Part shown: positions 19,801 to 31,081 of the stretch, piece by piece
How the letters are laid out: every line of letters begins with the position of its first letter
Numbering within the stretch: the first letter of the stretch is position 1
Origin: an uncultured Bifidobacteriaceae bacterium
GTDB lineage: Bacteria; Acidobacteriota; Vicinamibacteria; Vicinamibacterales; UBA2999
Direction: 5' to 3'
DNA length: 64,000 nt
NCBI GenBank assembly: GCA_964643765.1
Contig: CAZXTM010000008.1
Location: 30,948 to 94,947 of the forward strand
The notes under the pieces: generated by a model
Told to the model about the DNA's origin: nothing
The model's input: the letters and a program-made list of their open reading frames with translations, nothing else
The model's database searches: none
Position numbers and translations under genes: made by a program

Positions 19801-22045
19801 TCGTCAGCGATCGATCGGTGCGCTGCGGGCGGTTTGGGAACAGGTCATACAGCCCGCGGCTGTCGTTGTAGACGATGAAGAGCCCGGTGTTGGCGGCCTG
19901 CAGCCAGCCGAAGCGCAGGTTCACCGACCAGAGGTCAGCCCGGTCGTTGTACTGCACGAGCGACTGCACGAACACGCGGGGATTGAACGAGTACGAGATG
20001 CGCGTGCGAATCAGGTTGGTGACAAAGTCGCCCTGCGGCAGCGTGACGTCGTTGCGCTGGTAGATGAGCTCGGTGATGAACGTGTCAGAGGGGCGCAGGC
20101 GCACGGTGTTGTTGAGCGTGACGCGGTTGCCCGAGAAAAACCCGCCGATAAACGACTGCAGGTTGTACGAGACGGCCGCCCCCTGGTTCGTCATGAACAC
20201 CAGCTGCGCTTCCGTGTTGTCGTAGGTGCCCGCGGGCACGAAGATACCCGGATAGATCTGAAAGGGTGTGCGCACGCCTTCGCGGGTGAGGTTCATGCCC
20301 GTGTGGATCTCGGCGCTGTTCTTGAACTGCCAGTGGTTGTCGAGGTGGACGTAGCCAGTCTCCTGGAAGTTGTCGAAGCCCCAGAATCCGCGGAACGTCG
20401 CGTGCGGACGCACCTCCTGCAGCTTCAGGAAATTCTTGGGGCGGAAGCGGGTCATGAGACGCACGTCAGGCTTGCGGTAGCCGCCGCGCGTGAGGAACCC
20501 CACCTCGGGATTGAACTTCTCGCCCACTTCCTGATAGCCGGCATCGACGTCCCACTTGGGATACAGCACACGCGCCCGCACGTTGAAGGCGTGGTCGCGG
20601 CCGGTCATCCCGGGCGTTTCCGTTCGGGCCACAAACCCGTTGATGAGCGAATTCCGGCCGATGCCCAGCTTGCCGTCCAGCGCGTACGTGCGCCCGTAGT
20701 CGTTGGGGCGGGCGGTGTCGCCCATGCCCTGGCGGTTGGTGAACAGCCCGCCGATCGCGGAGCGGTTCGGCAGTTCCCGGCTGATGCGGATCACCCCGAA
20801 GTTGTTGCTCGGCGCCAGGCCCTCAGCCGACTCGGTTTGCATGTTCAGCAGCCCCACATTCCACAGGCCGACCTTGCCGCTGACCCGCCCGCCGCCGATG
20901 ATCGGGATGGTCTCGCCGCTCGCCCCAAGGCCGATGCGACGGCTGAAAAACAGATCGACTTCACCGGAGTTCCCGACGGAGAAGAACCCGGCATTCTCGA
21001 GGAAGAACGGACGTTTCTCGGGGAAGAACAGCGTGAAGCGGTCGAGGTTCACCTGCTGGTCGTCCACTTCCACCTGCGCGAAGTCGGTGCGCACCGTCGC
21101 ATCGAGCGTCAGGCTGGGTGTCAGGTTGTACTTGGCGTCGGCCCCGCCCGACCCGGTCAGCGACGGATCCACCGGGCTCACTCCCGACTGGGTGACGTTG
21201 CCGAGCGCAAACGGCATCAGTTTGAAGTTGCGGAACACCGGCGGCTCGACGCCGGTGATGCTGCCCGCAATCGACACGCGGTAGAGGTTGAACTGCCGCG
21301 GGATCGGCGCCCAGTAGGCCTCCTCGTTCTTCCGCCGGATATTGCGCTGGAAGTTGACGCCCCAGCGCTGTGTTCCGCCTGCCGGATAGCGCAGCGTCTT
21401 GAAGGGAATCGCGAACTCGGCCGTCCAGCCGATCTCGCTGACCTTCGCACGCACCGTCCATGCGCCGTCCCAGTTGAGGTTGAAGCCGCCCCCTGAGCCG
21501 CTCTGCTGCATCTGTGCGCCGCTCAGGCCCCCGCCGCCCTGCCCCTCGTTGGTCACCTGGCCGTCGTACTCGAGGCCGGTCGGGTTGGTGCCGAAGACGA
21601 AGCCGTTCTGCACGTCCTGGTAGGTGTCGAAGATCATCTGGAACGAATCGGTGTTGCTGAGCGAGCTGTCACGCCTGGCATCGGCGACGATGATGCCGTC
21701 GGGGTTGCTGTCGTAGCAGACGACCCCGACGTACAGGGTGTCATTGGTGAACACCATCCGCACTTCGGTTTTTTCGGAGACGGGCTGCCCTTCATTGGGC
21801 TGGTACTGACGGAAGCCATCGATCACGGGCGCCGCCTTCCAGGCGGAATCGCCCAGCACGTCGCCATCAATGGACGGGGCGGTGTCCACCCTGACGGCCT
21901 GACCGGTTGGACGGGGCAGGTCCGCGAGCGACCCGGTCGGTCCCTGCGCCTGGGCCGCGGTCTGCGCCACCGCCCCACCCGTTCCCCATAGCACCCAGCT
22001 CAGCGCCACCGCGCCTGCCCATCGACGTGAACCCGCGATCACCAT
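19766..22045 (-). CDS. DUF5916 / CBM9-like domain outer-membrane-associated protein, secreted
   Basis: Trimmed to MVIAGSRRWAGAVALSWVLWGTGGAVAQ (signal peptide). IDGDVLGDSAWKAAPVIDGFRQYQPNEGQP.SEKTEV...D...LYVGV.CYDS matches the CBM9-like head. A long beta-rich C-terminus ends ...KFSRMFDLLQ. Confidence 0.7.
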   Translation of the reverse strand: MVIAGSRRWAGAVALSWVLWGTGGAVAQTAAQAQGPTGSLADLPRPTGQAVRVDTAPSIDGDVLGDSAWKAAPVIDGFRQYQPNEGQPVSEKTEVRMVFTNDTLYVGVVCYDSNPDGIIVADARRDSSLSNTDSFQMIFDTYQDVQNGFVFGTNPTGLEYDGQVTNEGQGGGGLSGAQMQQSGSGGGFNLNWDGAWTVRAKVSEIGWTAEFAIPFKTLRYPAGGTQRWGVNFQRNIRRKNEEAYWAPIPRQFNLYRVSIAGSITGVEPPVFRNFKLMPFALGNVTQSGVSPVDPSLTGSGGADAKYNLTPSLTLDATVRTDFAQVEVDDQQVNLDRFTLFFPEKRPFFLENAGFFSVGNSGEVDLFFSRRIGLGASGETIPIIGGGRVSGKVGLWNVGLLNMQTESAEGLAPSNNFGVIRISRELPNRSAIGGLFTNRQGMGDTARPNDYGRTYALDGKLGIGRNSLINGFVARTETPGMTGRDHAFNVRARVLYPKWDVDAGYQEVGEKFNPEVGFLTRGGYRKPDVRLMTRFRPKNFLKLQEVRPHATFRGFWGFDNFQETGYVHLDNHWQFKNSAEIHTGMNLTREGVRTPFQIYPGIFVPAGTYDNTEAQLVFMTNQGAAVSYNLQSFIGGFFSGNRVTLNNTVRLRPSDTFITELIYQRNDVTLPQGDFVTNLIRTRISYSFNPRVFVQSLVQYNDRADLWSVNLRFGWLQAANTGLFIVYNDSRGLYDLFPNRPQRTDRSLTIKFSRMFDLLQ

Positions 22046-22122
22046 CACACTCCCGACACCACAGTTGGATCCGTGCCCGATCAGCACGAAAGATGCGCGG
22101 ATGGTACTACAGTAGGGATCGC

Positions 22123-22799
22123 ATGACCGTGTCATCAGTTGTGTCGGGACTCACACCGTACAGCCCCCCGGGGCCGTGCTGGGCCACACTCGTCTTCGCC
22201 CACGGGGCGGGCGCCGGACAGCGGCATCCCTTCATGGTGCAGACGGCCGAGGCCTTGGCGAGCCAGGGCATCGCCGTCACCACCTTCGATTTCCCCTATA
22301 TGGCCGAAGGGCGACGTCTGCCCGACCGGCTGCCCCGGCTCACCGAGCCGTTCGCCGAGGCCGTCGGCGCGGTGCACGCCGCCCACCCGTCGCTGCCCGT
22401 GTTCGTGGCTGGCAAGTCGATGGGAGGCCGCGTGGCCACGCACCTCGCCGCCGACCCGCCGCTGGGCCTCCCTGCGCTGGCTGGCGTGATCGCCCTGGGC
22501 TATCCCCTCACACCGCCGACAGCCAGGCGACCCGTCGATCGGGTATCGCACTTGCAGCGCCTGACGCCGCCGTTGCTGGTGGTGCAGGGCACCCGTGATG
22601 CGTTCGGCAGCGCCGAACAGGTGCAGGACATCCTCGGTGCAGCCTGCCACGGGTCCGTCACCGTCGTCGCCGTACCGGAGGCTGACCACGGCTTCGCTGT
22701 CCCGGCTCGCGGCAGGGTCACGCAGCAGGCCAGCACCCGCGACTGGCAGGCGGCCCTCGTCGCCTGGTTGCGCGCACACACCGGCGCCGCGGCATCGCC

Positions 22800-22803
<4 letters not shown>
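22123..22803 (+). CDS. alpha/beta-fold hydrolase (KANL3/Tex30-type, COG3571-like)
   Basis: Trimmed to ATG 22123. [16 protein letters not shown]......LA..GI.V..FDFPYM and the nucleophile elbow GKSMGGR are present. Confidence 0.7.
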
Positions 22804-23525
<722 letters not shown>

Positions 23526-23599
23526 CGTCAGCTCCGTACACATCTGGCAGTGGCCACCGCCAGGCGCGGCCAACCGCCCTCACCGGCCACCCGTCGGTG

Positions 23600-24106
23600 T
23601 CAGTCGACGCACAGAACGTCGCGCCCTTCGAGGCCGCCCCAAGTGTCCGGGTCCTGCCACAGCAGCGTCCAGAAGTAGCGGGTGACATCGGCCTTCGGAT
23701 ACGCGGCGCTGAGCGCCTGCACTGCCGTGTCGAGCTGTTCGGTCGAGGGACGCGCCGGAGACTCATCCGAAATCAGGCCGTCCTCATGCGCGATGCCCAG
23801 CGCGTCGAGGAACGCCCCCATCATCGTACGCTGATGGGCGAGGTGGTAGGACACCAGCAGGCGCGCCGCCAGCAGGTCCGACACCTGAGGCATCGTCGCC
23901 AGGTGCTTTGTGCGCTTCTCGTCGGTCAGCGACAGCACGCTCTTCGGGCGGAACTTGATCTGGCGGGCGATGAGCCCCACCGCCTCGGCCTGCTCGAGCG
24001 TGGCCTGATCGTCGCTCCAGAACGCTGCAGCCGCCTGCACACGCAGCTCGGCCGGCATCAGCCGCCACAGTCGGGCCGGGCGCATCGCATCCATCGTCAA
24101 TGACAT
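23600..24106 (-). CDS. hypothetical protein (168 aa), no family recognised
   Basis: Only the 3' 507 nt of track ORF 23600..25009 is free of overlap with the opposite-strand gdh gene. Start taken at ATG 24106 (MSLTMDAMRPARLW...). Co-directional with terC and 74 nt upstream of it. Confidence 0.5.
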   Translation of the reverse strand: MSLTMDAMRPARLWRLMPAELRVQAAAAFWSDDQATLEQAEAVGLIARQIKFRPKSVLSLTDEKRTKHLATMPQVSDLLAARLLVSYHLAHQRTMMGAFLDALGIAHEDGLISDESPARPSTEQLDTAVQALSAAYPKADVTRYFWTLLWQDPDTWGGLEGRDVLCVD

Positions 24107-24190
24107 ATCCCCTGAGTGTAGCCCACCTGCGTCGGCCCGCGCAGCCAGACGGCGCACCGCGGCCACGTCGGGCCGTGGTAGCGTAGCCCT

Positions 24191-25606
24191 ATGGCAGCTC
24201 ACGCGAACTTCTTCGATGAAGTGAACCAATCCTTCGACGTGGCGGCAACGTTCACGGACTACCCCCAAGGCCTGCTCGAGCAGATCCGCTGCTGCAACAG
24301 CGTCTACCGATTCGACTTCCCCCTCCGGCGTCAGGATGGCTCCATCGAAGTCATCCATGCCTGGCGCGCCGAACACAGCCACCACAAGCTGCCGGTCAAG
24401 GGCGGCATCCGCTACAGCCCCGAGGTCTACGAAGAGGAAGTCATGGCGCTGGCCGCCCTGATGACCTACAAGTGCGCCATCGTCGACGTGCCGTTCGGCG
24501 GTGCCAAGGGCGGCATCCGCATCGACCCGTCGCGCTACACGGTCGAGGAACTGGAACGCATCACGCGGCGCTACACCCATGAACTGGTCAAGAAGGGCTT
24601 CATCGGCCCGGGCATCGACGTGCCGGCGCCCGACTACGGCACCGGCGAACGCGAGATGGCCTGGATTGCCGACACCTATGCGGCGCTGAATCCATCCCAG
24701 ATCGACGCCATGGGCTGCGTCACCGGCAAGCCGGTGGCCCAGGGCGGGGTGAACGGTCGCCGCGAGGCCACGGGCCGAGGTCTGTTCTTTGCACTCAGGG
24801 AAGCCTGCAACCAGCCTGAACTCATGCAGCCGCTCGGCCTGCCCCTCGGGCTCGACGGCAAGCGCGTCATCGTGCAGGGCCTGGGCAACGTGGGTTACCA
24901 CGCGGCAAAGTTCTGCCGGGAAGGCGGTGCCACGCTCATCGCGATCGCCGAACGCGAGGGGGCCATTTTCTGCGAGGCCGGCCTCAATGAGGAGGCGGTC
25001 TTCCAGCACCGCAAGCAGACCGGCTCGCTGCTCGGCTTCCCCGGGGCCACCAACCTGCCGTCATCGGCTGCCGCACTCGAACTGCCGTGCGACGTGCTGA
25101 TTCCGGCGGCCCTCGAAGGGGTGTTCACCGCCGACAATGCCCCGTGCATCCAGGCACGCATCATCCTCGAAGGCGCCAACGGCCCGACAACGCCCGAGGC
25201 CGACCCGATCTTCCGCGCCAAGGGCACGCTGGTCATTCCCGACATTTACTGCAATGCCGGCGGTGTGACCGTGTCGTATTTCGAGTGGCTGAAGAACCTG
25301 TCGCACGTGCGCTTCGGCCGCATGTCGAAGCGCCACGAGCAGGCCAACGAACTGCAAATGCTGCGGGCCATCGAAAAGGCCACCGGGAAGCGCTTCACGG
25401 ATGAAGAGCGCGCCGAGATCGCCAAGGGGCCGGACGAAGCCGACCTCGTCAATTCGGGCCTCGAAGAGACGATGATCAGCGCGCTGCACGACCTGCTCGA
25501 GACGCGGCGAAGGCACCCGGGTGTGCCTGACCTGCGTATTGCCGCGTTCCTCAACGCCATCCACAAGGTGGCGGGCACCTACATGCAGATGGGCATCTTC
25601 CCGTAA
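24191..25606 (+). CDS. Glu/Leu/Phe/Val dehydrogenase family protein (probable glutamate dehydrogenase)
   Basis: KGGIRYSP.V...[25 protein letters not shown] is the catalytic Lys region. GLGNVG Rossmann motif. Confidence 0.9.
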   Translation: MAAHANFFDEVNQSFDVAATFTDYPQGLLEQIRCCNSVYRFDFPLRRQDGSIEVIHAWRAEHSHHKLPVKGGIRYSPEVYEEEVMALAALMTYKCAIVDVPFGGAKGGIRIDPSRYTVEELERITRRYTHELVKKGFIGPGIDVPAPDYGTGEREMAWIADTYAALNPSQIDAMGCVTGKPVAQGGVNGRREATGRGLFFALREACNQPELMQPLGLPLGLDGKRVIVQGLGNVGYHAAKFCREGGATLIAIAEREGAIFCEAGLNEEAVFQHRKQTGSLLGFPGATNLPSSAAALELPCDVLIPAALEGVFTADNAPCIQARIILEGANGPTTPEADPIFRAKGTLVIPDIYCNAGGVTVSYFEWLKNLSHVRFGRMSKRHEQANELQMLRAIEKATGKRFTDEERAEIAKGPDEADLVNSGLEETMISALHDLLETRRRHPGVPDLRIAAFLNAIHKVAGTYMQMGIFP

Positions 25607-25672
25607 AAACGCACAAGCCACGGGTGCGGGGGACCCGGCCCTCGGCCGGCATCCCGCGCATCCGTGGCTTGT
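25605..25672 (-). terminator. long compound hairpin followed by U5; intrinsic terminator for the SWIB gene, possibly bidirectional
   Basis: The outer 16-nt arms ACAAGCCACGGGTGCG (25613-25628) and CGCATCCGTGGCTTGT (25657-25672) pair with a single non-Watson-Crick position. An inner hairpin CCGGCC-CTC-GGCCGG lies between them. On the minus strand the hairpin is followed by UUUUU (complement of A-run 25605-25609), which overlaps the gdh TAA stop. Confidence 0.55.
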
Positions 25673-25690
25673 ACGTGATCGCAGCGCGCC

Positions 25691-26071
25691 TTACTTGAGG
25701 TGCTTGCCGACCAGCTTGGTCATGTCGAACATGCTGACCTGCGCCTTGCCGCCGAAGATGGGCTTCAGCTTGGCATCAGCGTTGATCATGCGCTTGTTCT
25801 TCTGGTCCTGCAGGCCGTTCTTCTTGATGTAGGCCCACAGCTTCTTCGTCACTTCCGTGCGGGGCATGCCACCCTTGCCGATCACTTCGGCAAGCGTCTC
25901 GCTCGGCGTCACCGGACGCATGAACGCGGCGTTCGGCGTCCGTGCAGCCTTCTTCGCGGCCGGCTTCTTCGCCGCAGCCTTCTTCGCTGCCGGCTTCTTG
26001 GCAGCAGCCTTCTTCACAGCCTTCTTCGCGGTCTTAGCGGGCTTTGCCGCCTTCTTGGCTTTCTTGGCCAT
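25691..26071 (-). CDS. SWIB/MDM2-domain protein with N-terminal Lys/Ala-rich histone-H1-like tail
   Basis: The first 44 aa read MAKKAKKAAKPAKTAKKAVKKAAAKKPAAKKAAAKKPAAKKAAR. They are followed by FMRPVTPSE.LAEVIG....PRTEVTKKLWAYIKKNGLQD..NKR.INAD.KL..IFG, the SWIB/DEK-C-like core. Confidence 0.85.
   Translation of the reverse strand: MAKKAKKAAKPAKTAKKAVKKAAAKKPAAKKAAAKKPAAKKAARTPNAAFMRPVTPSETLAEVIGKGGMPRTEVTKKLWAYIKKNGLQDQKNKRMINADAKLKPIFGGKAQVSMFDMTKLVGKHLK
25944..26033 (-). repeat. in-frame 30-nt tandem repeat (about 2.5-3 copies) encoding AAAKKPAAKK units inside the SWIB gene
   Basis: Plus-strand units begin with GCAGCCT at 25944, 25974 and 26004. Units 1 and 2 differ at only a few positions. 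Confidence 0.8.
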
Positions 26072-26163
26072 CTCTTCTCCTTGGACGCCAACTGAGACTG
26101 GGCGTCGTTAGACCCCCGATGGGTGGTAACTCAGTGTAGCGGAGACAGCGCCGGGAGTCACTA

Positions 26164-26192
26164 GATATTGTGGGCAGGTGCCGCCGTGTAAA
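26164..26192 (-). promoter_or_regulatory. candidate sigma-70-type promoter for the SWIB gene
   Basis: The minus strand reads TTTACA (complement of 26187-26192), a 17-nt spacer, then AATATC (complement of 26164-26169). This would give a leader of about 85 nt before the AAGGAG RBS. The -10 match is weak. Confidence 0.25.
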
Positions 26193-26365
26193 CCCCTAGG
26201 TCAGCTCGGCGGCCAACTCGGGCCGTCCCTCACCCGCCCCGACGCCGTCAGGGGCCCCATACGGAGGCCCCTGCCGGGCCACATCGGCCCCCAGCCTCCT
26301 GCCCCGCTCCAGACGGCGCCCGGCCCGGGCGGCCCCCCGTGGGGCAACGCCCGTGAGCTCTCGCG

Positions 26366-28207
<1,842 letters not shown>

Positions 28208-28251
28208 CCTTACAGTATACCGCCCGCGGCGGCTGCGCTATCCTGAGGGGC

Positions 28252-28479
28252 ATGCCGATGTACGAATATGCCTGCCAGTCGTGCGGCCATCACTTCGAAC
28301 TGCTGGTGCGCGAGCGCACCCGCCTGGCCTGCCCGTCGTGCGACAGCGAGCAACTGGCGAAGCAGCTGTCGGTCTTCGCGGTCAGCGCCCCCTCGTCGCG
28401 GACGCCGATGGCCGCGGCCCCGGGGCCCTGCGGGTCGTGCGGCCACCCCGACGGCCCGGGCTCGTGCCGCGTCCACTGA
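28252..28479 (+). CDS. FmdB/CxxC_CxxC_SSSS family zinc-ribbon protein
   Basis: [19 protein letters not shown]....[13 protein letters not shown] has two CxxC pairs, and a second C-terminal CGSCGH follows. Confidence 0.8.
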   Translation: MPMYEYACQSCGHHFELLVRERTRLACPSCDSEQLAKQLSVFAVSAPSSRTPMAAAPGPCGSCGHPDGPGSCRVH

Positions 28480-30590
28480 TGGGCGCACTCGACCGGCTGT
28501 TCCGTCCGCGCGCCGTCGCCCTCATCGGTGCCTCCCGCGACCGCTACGCGGTCGGGGGTGCCATCCTCCACAACCTGCTGCGGGCTGGCTTCCAGGGCGC
28601 CATCTTCCCCGTCAACCCGAAGGCTGAGGCACTGCACAGTCTCAAGTGCTACCCGTCCGTCGAGGCCATTCCTGCCCCGGTCGATCTGGCCATCATCGCG
28701 GTACCGAGGGCCGCGGTCGTCGAGGCCCTGCGGGCGTGCGGCCGCAAGGGCGTGGGCGCCGCCGTGGTCATCACCGCCGGCTACCGGGAAACCGGCGCCG
28801 CGGGGCGTGCCCTCGAGGAGGAGCTCGTGCGCGTGGCCCGCGAGGGCGGCATCCGCCTGGTCGGCCCCAACTGCATGGGCATCATGAACATGGCCCCCGA
28901 CGTGCGCCTGCAGGCCTCGTTCTCTGCGAGCCTGCCGCCGCCCGGGAACGTGGCGTTCGCGTCGCAGTCGGGCGCGGTCGGCGAAGCCATGCTGGCCCTC
29001 CTGCAGGAGCGGGGCCTCGGGCTGTCGATGTTCGTCTCGCTCGGCAACAAGGCCGATGTCTCGAGCAACGACCTGCTGGCCGAGTGGGATGACGACCCGG
29101 CGACAGCCGTCATCCTGCTCTACATGGAAAGCTTCGGCCATCCGCAGAAGTTCCTCGAGGTGGCCGCCCGCGTCACGCGACACACGCCGATCATTGCCGT
29201 CAAAGCCGGCCGCAGTGCGGCGGGCGCACGGGCCGCGGCGTCGCACACGGGCGCGCTGGCCGGATCGGACCGCGCCGTCGATGCGCTGCTCGCACAGAGC
29301 GGCGTCATCCGTGCCGGCACCATCGAGGAATGCTTCGTCTACGCCAGTGCTCTGGCCACGCAGCCGCTGCCGGCCGGGCCCCGCGTGGCCATCATCACGA
29401 ATGCCGGCGGTCCGGCGATTCTGGCCACCGACACGGCCATCGCCAGCGGACTGCAGATGGCGGCGCTGTCCGATGCGACAACCGCGGCGCTGCGCGCGGC
29501 GCTTCCCCCCGAGGCGAGCGTCGCCAACCCCGTCGACATGATTGCCTCGGCGCAGGCTGCACAGTATTCGACCGTCGTGCAGGCCGTGGCCGCCGACCCC
29601 GGCGTTGACGCCCTCATCGTCATCTTCACGGCCCTCGAAACGAACCAGCCGGGCCCCGTGGCCGAGGCCATCATCGCGGCCACACGTGGCCTCGAAAAAC
29701 CCGTGCTCGTCTGCTTCATGGGCACCATCACCGAGCCGTCCGCGGTGACGCACATGCGGGAGGCCAGCCTGCCGGTCTACACCTTCGGCGAAGACGCGGC
29801 CCGGGCCCTGGCCGTGATGGTGCAGTGCCAGGCCGCCCGCCAGCGTCCGCTGAGCGCGCCACCGCCCCTGCCAGGCGGCGCCTGGGACGAGGTGCACGCC
29901 CTGTCCGCCACGCTGCAGCGGCAGCAGCGGCGCCAGATGACGCTGGCCGAAGCCCAGCGCGTACTCCAGTGGGCCGGCATTCCCGTGCTGCCCTGGCGCG
30001 AGGTGGCCTCGTCTGCCGACGCGGCAGCGGCGCTCGCCGGACTCAGCCTGCCGGTGGTGGCCAAGATCAATTCCTCGGTCATCGTTCACAAGTCTGATGT
30101 GGGTGGCGTGCGGCTGTCCCTTGACTCGGCAGAGGCCGTCCGCACGGCGATCGACGAGCTGCTGGCCCGCGCACGTGCCATCGATCCCGAGGCCACGATC
30201 GTGCTGCAGCAGCAGGCCACCACAGGCGTCGAGGTTATTGCCGGGGCCGTACGCGACCCGCGCTTCGGTCCCCTGCTGATGTGCGGACTCGGCGGCGTGT
30301 TTGTCGAAGTCCTGAAGGACGTCAGCTTCGGGGTGCATCCCCTGCACGGCACGGACATCCAGGCGATGCTGCGCCGCCTGAAGGCCTTTCCCCTGCTGGA
30401 CGGCGCACGAGGGCGGCCGAAGGCCAACCTGCAGGCGCTCGAAGACATCCTCCGTCGCATCGAGGCGCTGATGGTCGCGTGTCCGGCCATTGCCGAGCTC
30501 GACATCAATCCCCTGTTTGCCGCCCCTGTCGACGGGGTCACTGCGGCCGCCGATGCCCGTGTTACGCTCAAGGAATCCGATGGCGCGTAA
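28479..30590 (+). CDS. ADP-forming acyl/acetyl-CoA synthetase family protein (CoA-binding + succinyl-CoA-ligase-like + ATP-grasp domains fused)
   Basis: Track ORF 27993..30590 trimmed to ATG 28479, which overlaps the FmdB TGA by 1 nt (TGATG). [11 protein letters not shown]...FPVNPK..........CYPS, GPNCMGI and C-terminal ATP-grasp [15 protein letters not shown] are present. Confidence 0.8.
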   Translation: MGALDRLFRPRAVALIGASRDRYAVGGAILHNLLRAGFQGAIFPVNPKAEALHSLKCYPSVEAIPAPVDLAIIAVPRAAVVEALRACGRKGVGAAVVITAGYRETGAAGRALEEELVRVAREGGIRLVGPNCMGIMNMAPDVRLQASFSASLPPPGNVAFASQSGAVGEAMLALLQERGLGLSMFVSLGNKADVSSNDLLAEWDDDPATAVILLYMESFGHPQKFLEVAARVTRHTPIIAVKAGRSAAGARAAASHTGALAGSDRAVDALLAQSGVIRAGTIEECFVYASALATQPLPAGPRVAIITNAGGPAILATDTAIASGLQMAALSDATTAALRAALPPEASVANPVDMIASAQAAQYSTVVQAVAADPGVDALIVIFTALETNQPGPVAEAIIAATRGLEKPVLVCFMGTITEPSAVTHMREASLPVYTFGEDAARALAVMVQCQAARQRPLSAPPPLPGGAWDEVHALSATLQRQQRRQMTLAEAQRVLQWAGIPVLPWREVASSADAAAALAGLSLPVVAKINSSVIVHKSDVGGVRLSLDSAEAVRTAIDELLARARAIDPEATIVLQQQATTGVEVIAGAVRDPRFGPLLMCGLGGVFVEVLKDVSFGVHPLHGTDIQAMLRRLKAFPLLDGARGRPKANLQALEDILRRIEALMVACPAIAELDINPLFAAPVDGVTAAADARVTLKESDGA

Positions 30591-31017
30591 TCTGTTCCAT
30601 GGACGCCTGGCCCTGGCCACCCTCCTCCTGCTGGCGACCCTTCCGGTGGTCGCCCCGTGGTGCGACGCGTGGTGCCTGGCCGCACATGGCGGTGACGCAC
30701 CTGCCGGCGCCGACGCCACCGCAGCATCGTCCGAGCACGATCACTGCCTTCAGATGGCCGCAGGCTCTGACAGCGATACGTCAGAGGAACAAGCCCCCAC
30801 GTCTCGTCTGGCCGCACGTGCCCATGCCTCGTGCGATGAAGTGCCCGTCGCCCTGCCGAGTGCAGGCTTCGACCGGGCATCCGTGCAGACCGCAGCGCTC
30901 GTGCCTGCCACGCCAGTGCCGGGGGCACCCGAGGCGGCCACGACCGTCACCCGACGCCGCGCCGGCCCGGCACCGCCCCTGATCCCGACCAGTCGTCCGC
31001 TCACCCTTCGCTTGTAA
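30580..31017 (+). CDS. small secreted/anchored Cys/His-rich protein, candidate copper-binding or copper-sensing accessory protein
   Basis: Trimmed to ATG 30580, preceded by AAGGAA with a 4-nt spacer. N-terminal hydrophobic segment [17 protein letters not shown] is followed by CDAWC, HDHC and HASC motifs. It lies 64 nt upstream of the multicopper oxidase. Third-codon positions look less G/C-biased than in the neighbours. Confidence 0.55.
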   Translation: MARNLFHGRLALATLLLLATLPVVAPWCDAWCLAAHGGDAPAGADATAASSEHDHCLQMAAGSDSDTSEEQAPTSRLAARAHASCDEVPVALPSAGFDRASVQTAALVPATPVPGAPEAATTVTRRRAGPAPPLIPTSRPLTLRL

Positions 31018-31081
31018 TCGCGCTCCCGCCGATCGGTGCCGCAGTGCTGCGGCGTTCACCTTTCCGGAAGTGGAGCGTGTC

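Noticed and set aside
23526-23599. Possible yybP-ykoY (Mn) riboswitch upstream of the TerC-family gene
   Set aside because: The gap is only 74 nt, and I could not find the conserved GGGGAGUAG-type core. There is only a short hairpin (CTGGC...GCCAG) and a GGAG RBS. An Infernal scan would settle it.
24107-25009. 5' 300 codons of track ORF 23600..25009
   Set aside because: This part is antisense to the glutamate dehydrogenase gene. Only the 3' 168 codons lie in otherwise non-coding space, so the gene was trimmed to ATG 24106.
25944-26033. Regular 30-nt direct repeats (CRISPR-like spacing at first glance)
   Set aside because: The repeats are contiguous with no spacers, in frame, and encode AAAKKPAAKK units of the SWIB protein tail. 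This is a coding low-complexity repeat, not a CRISPR array.
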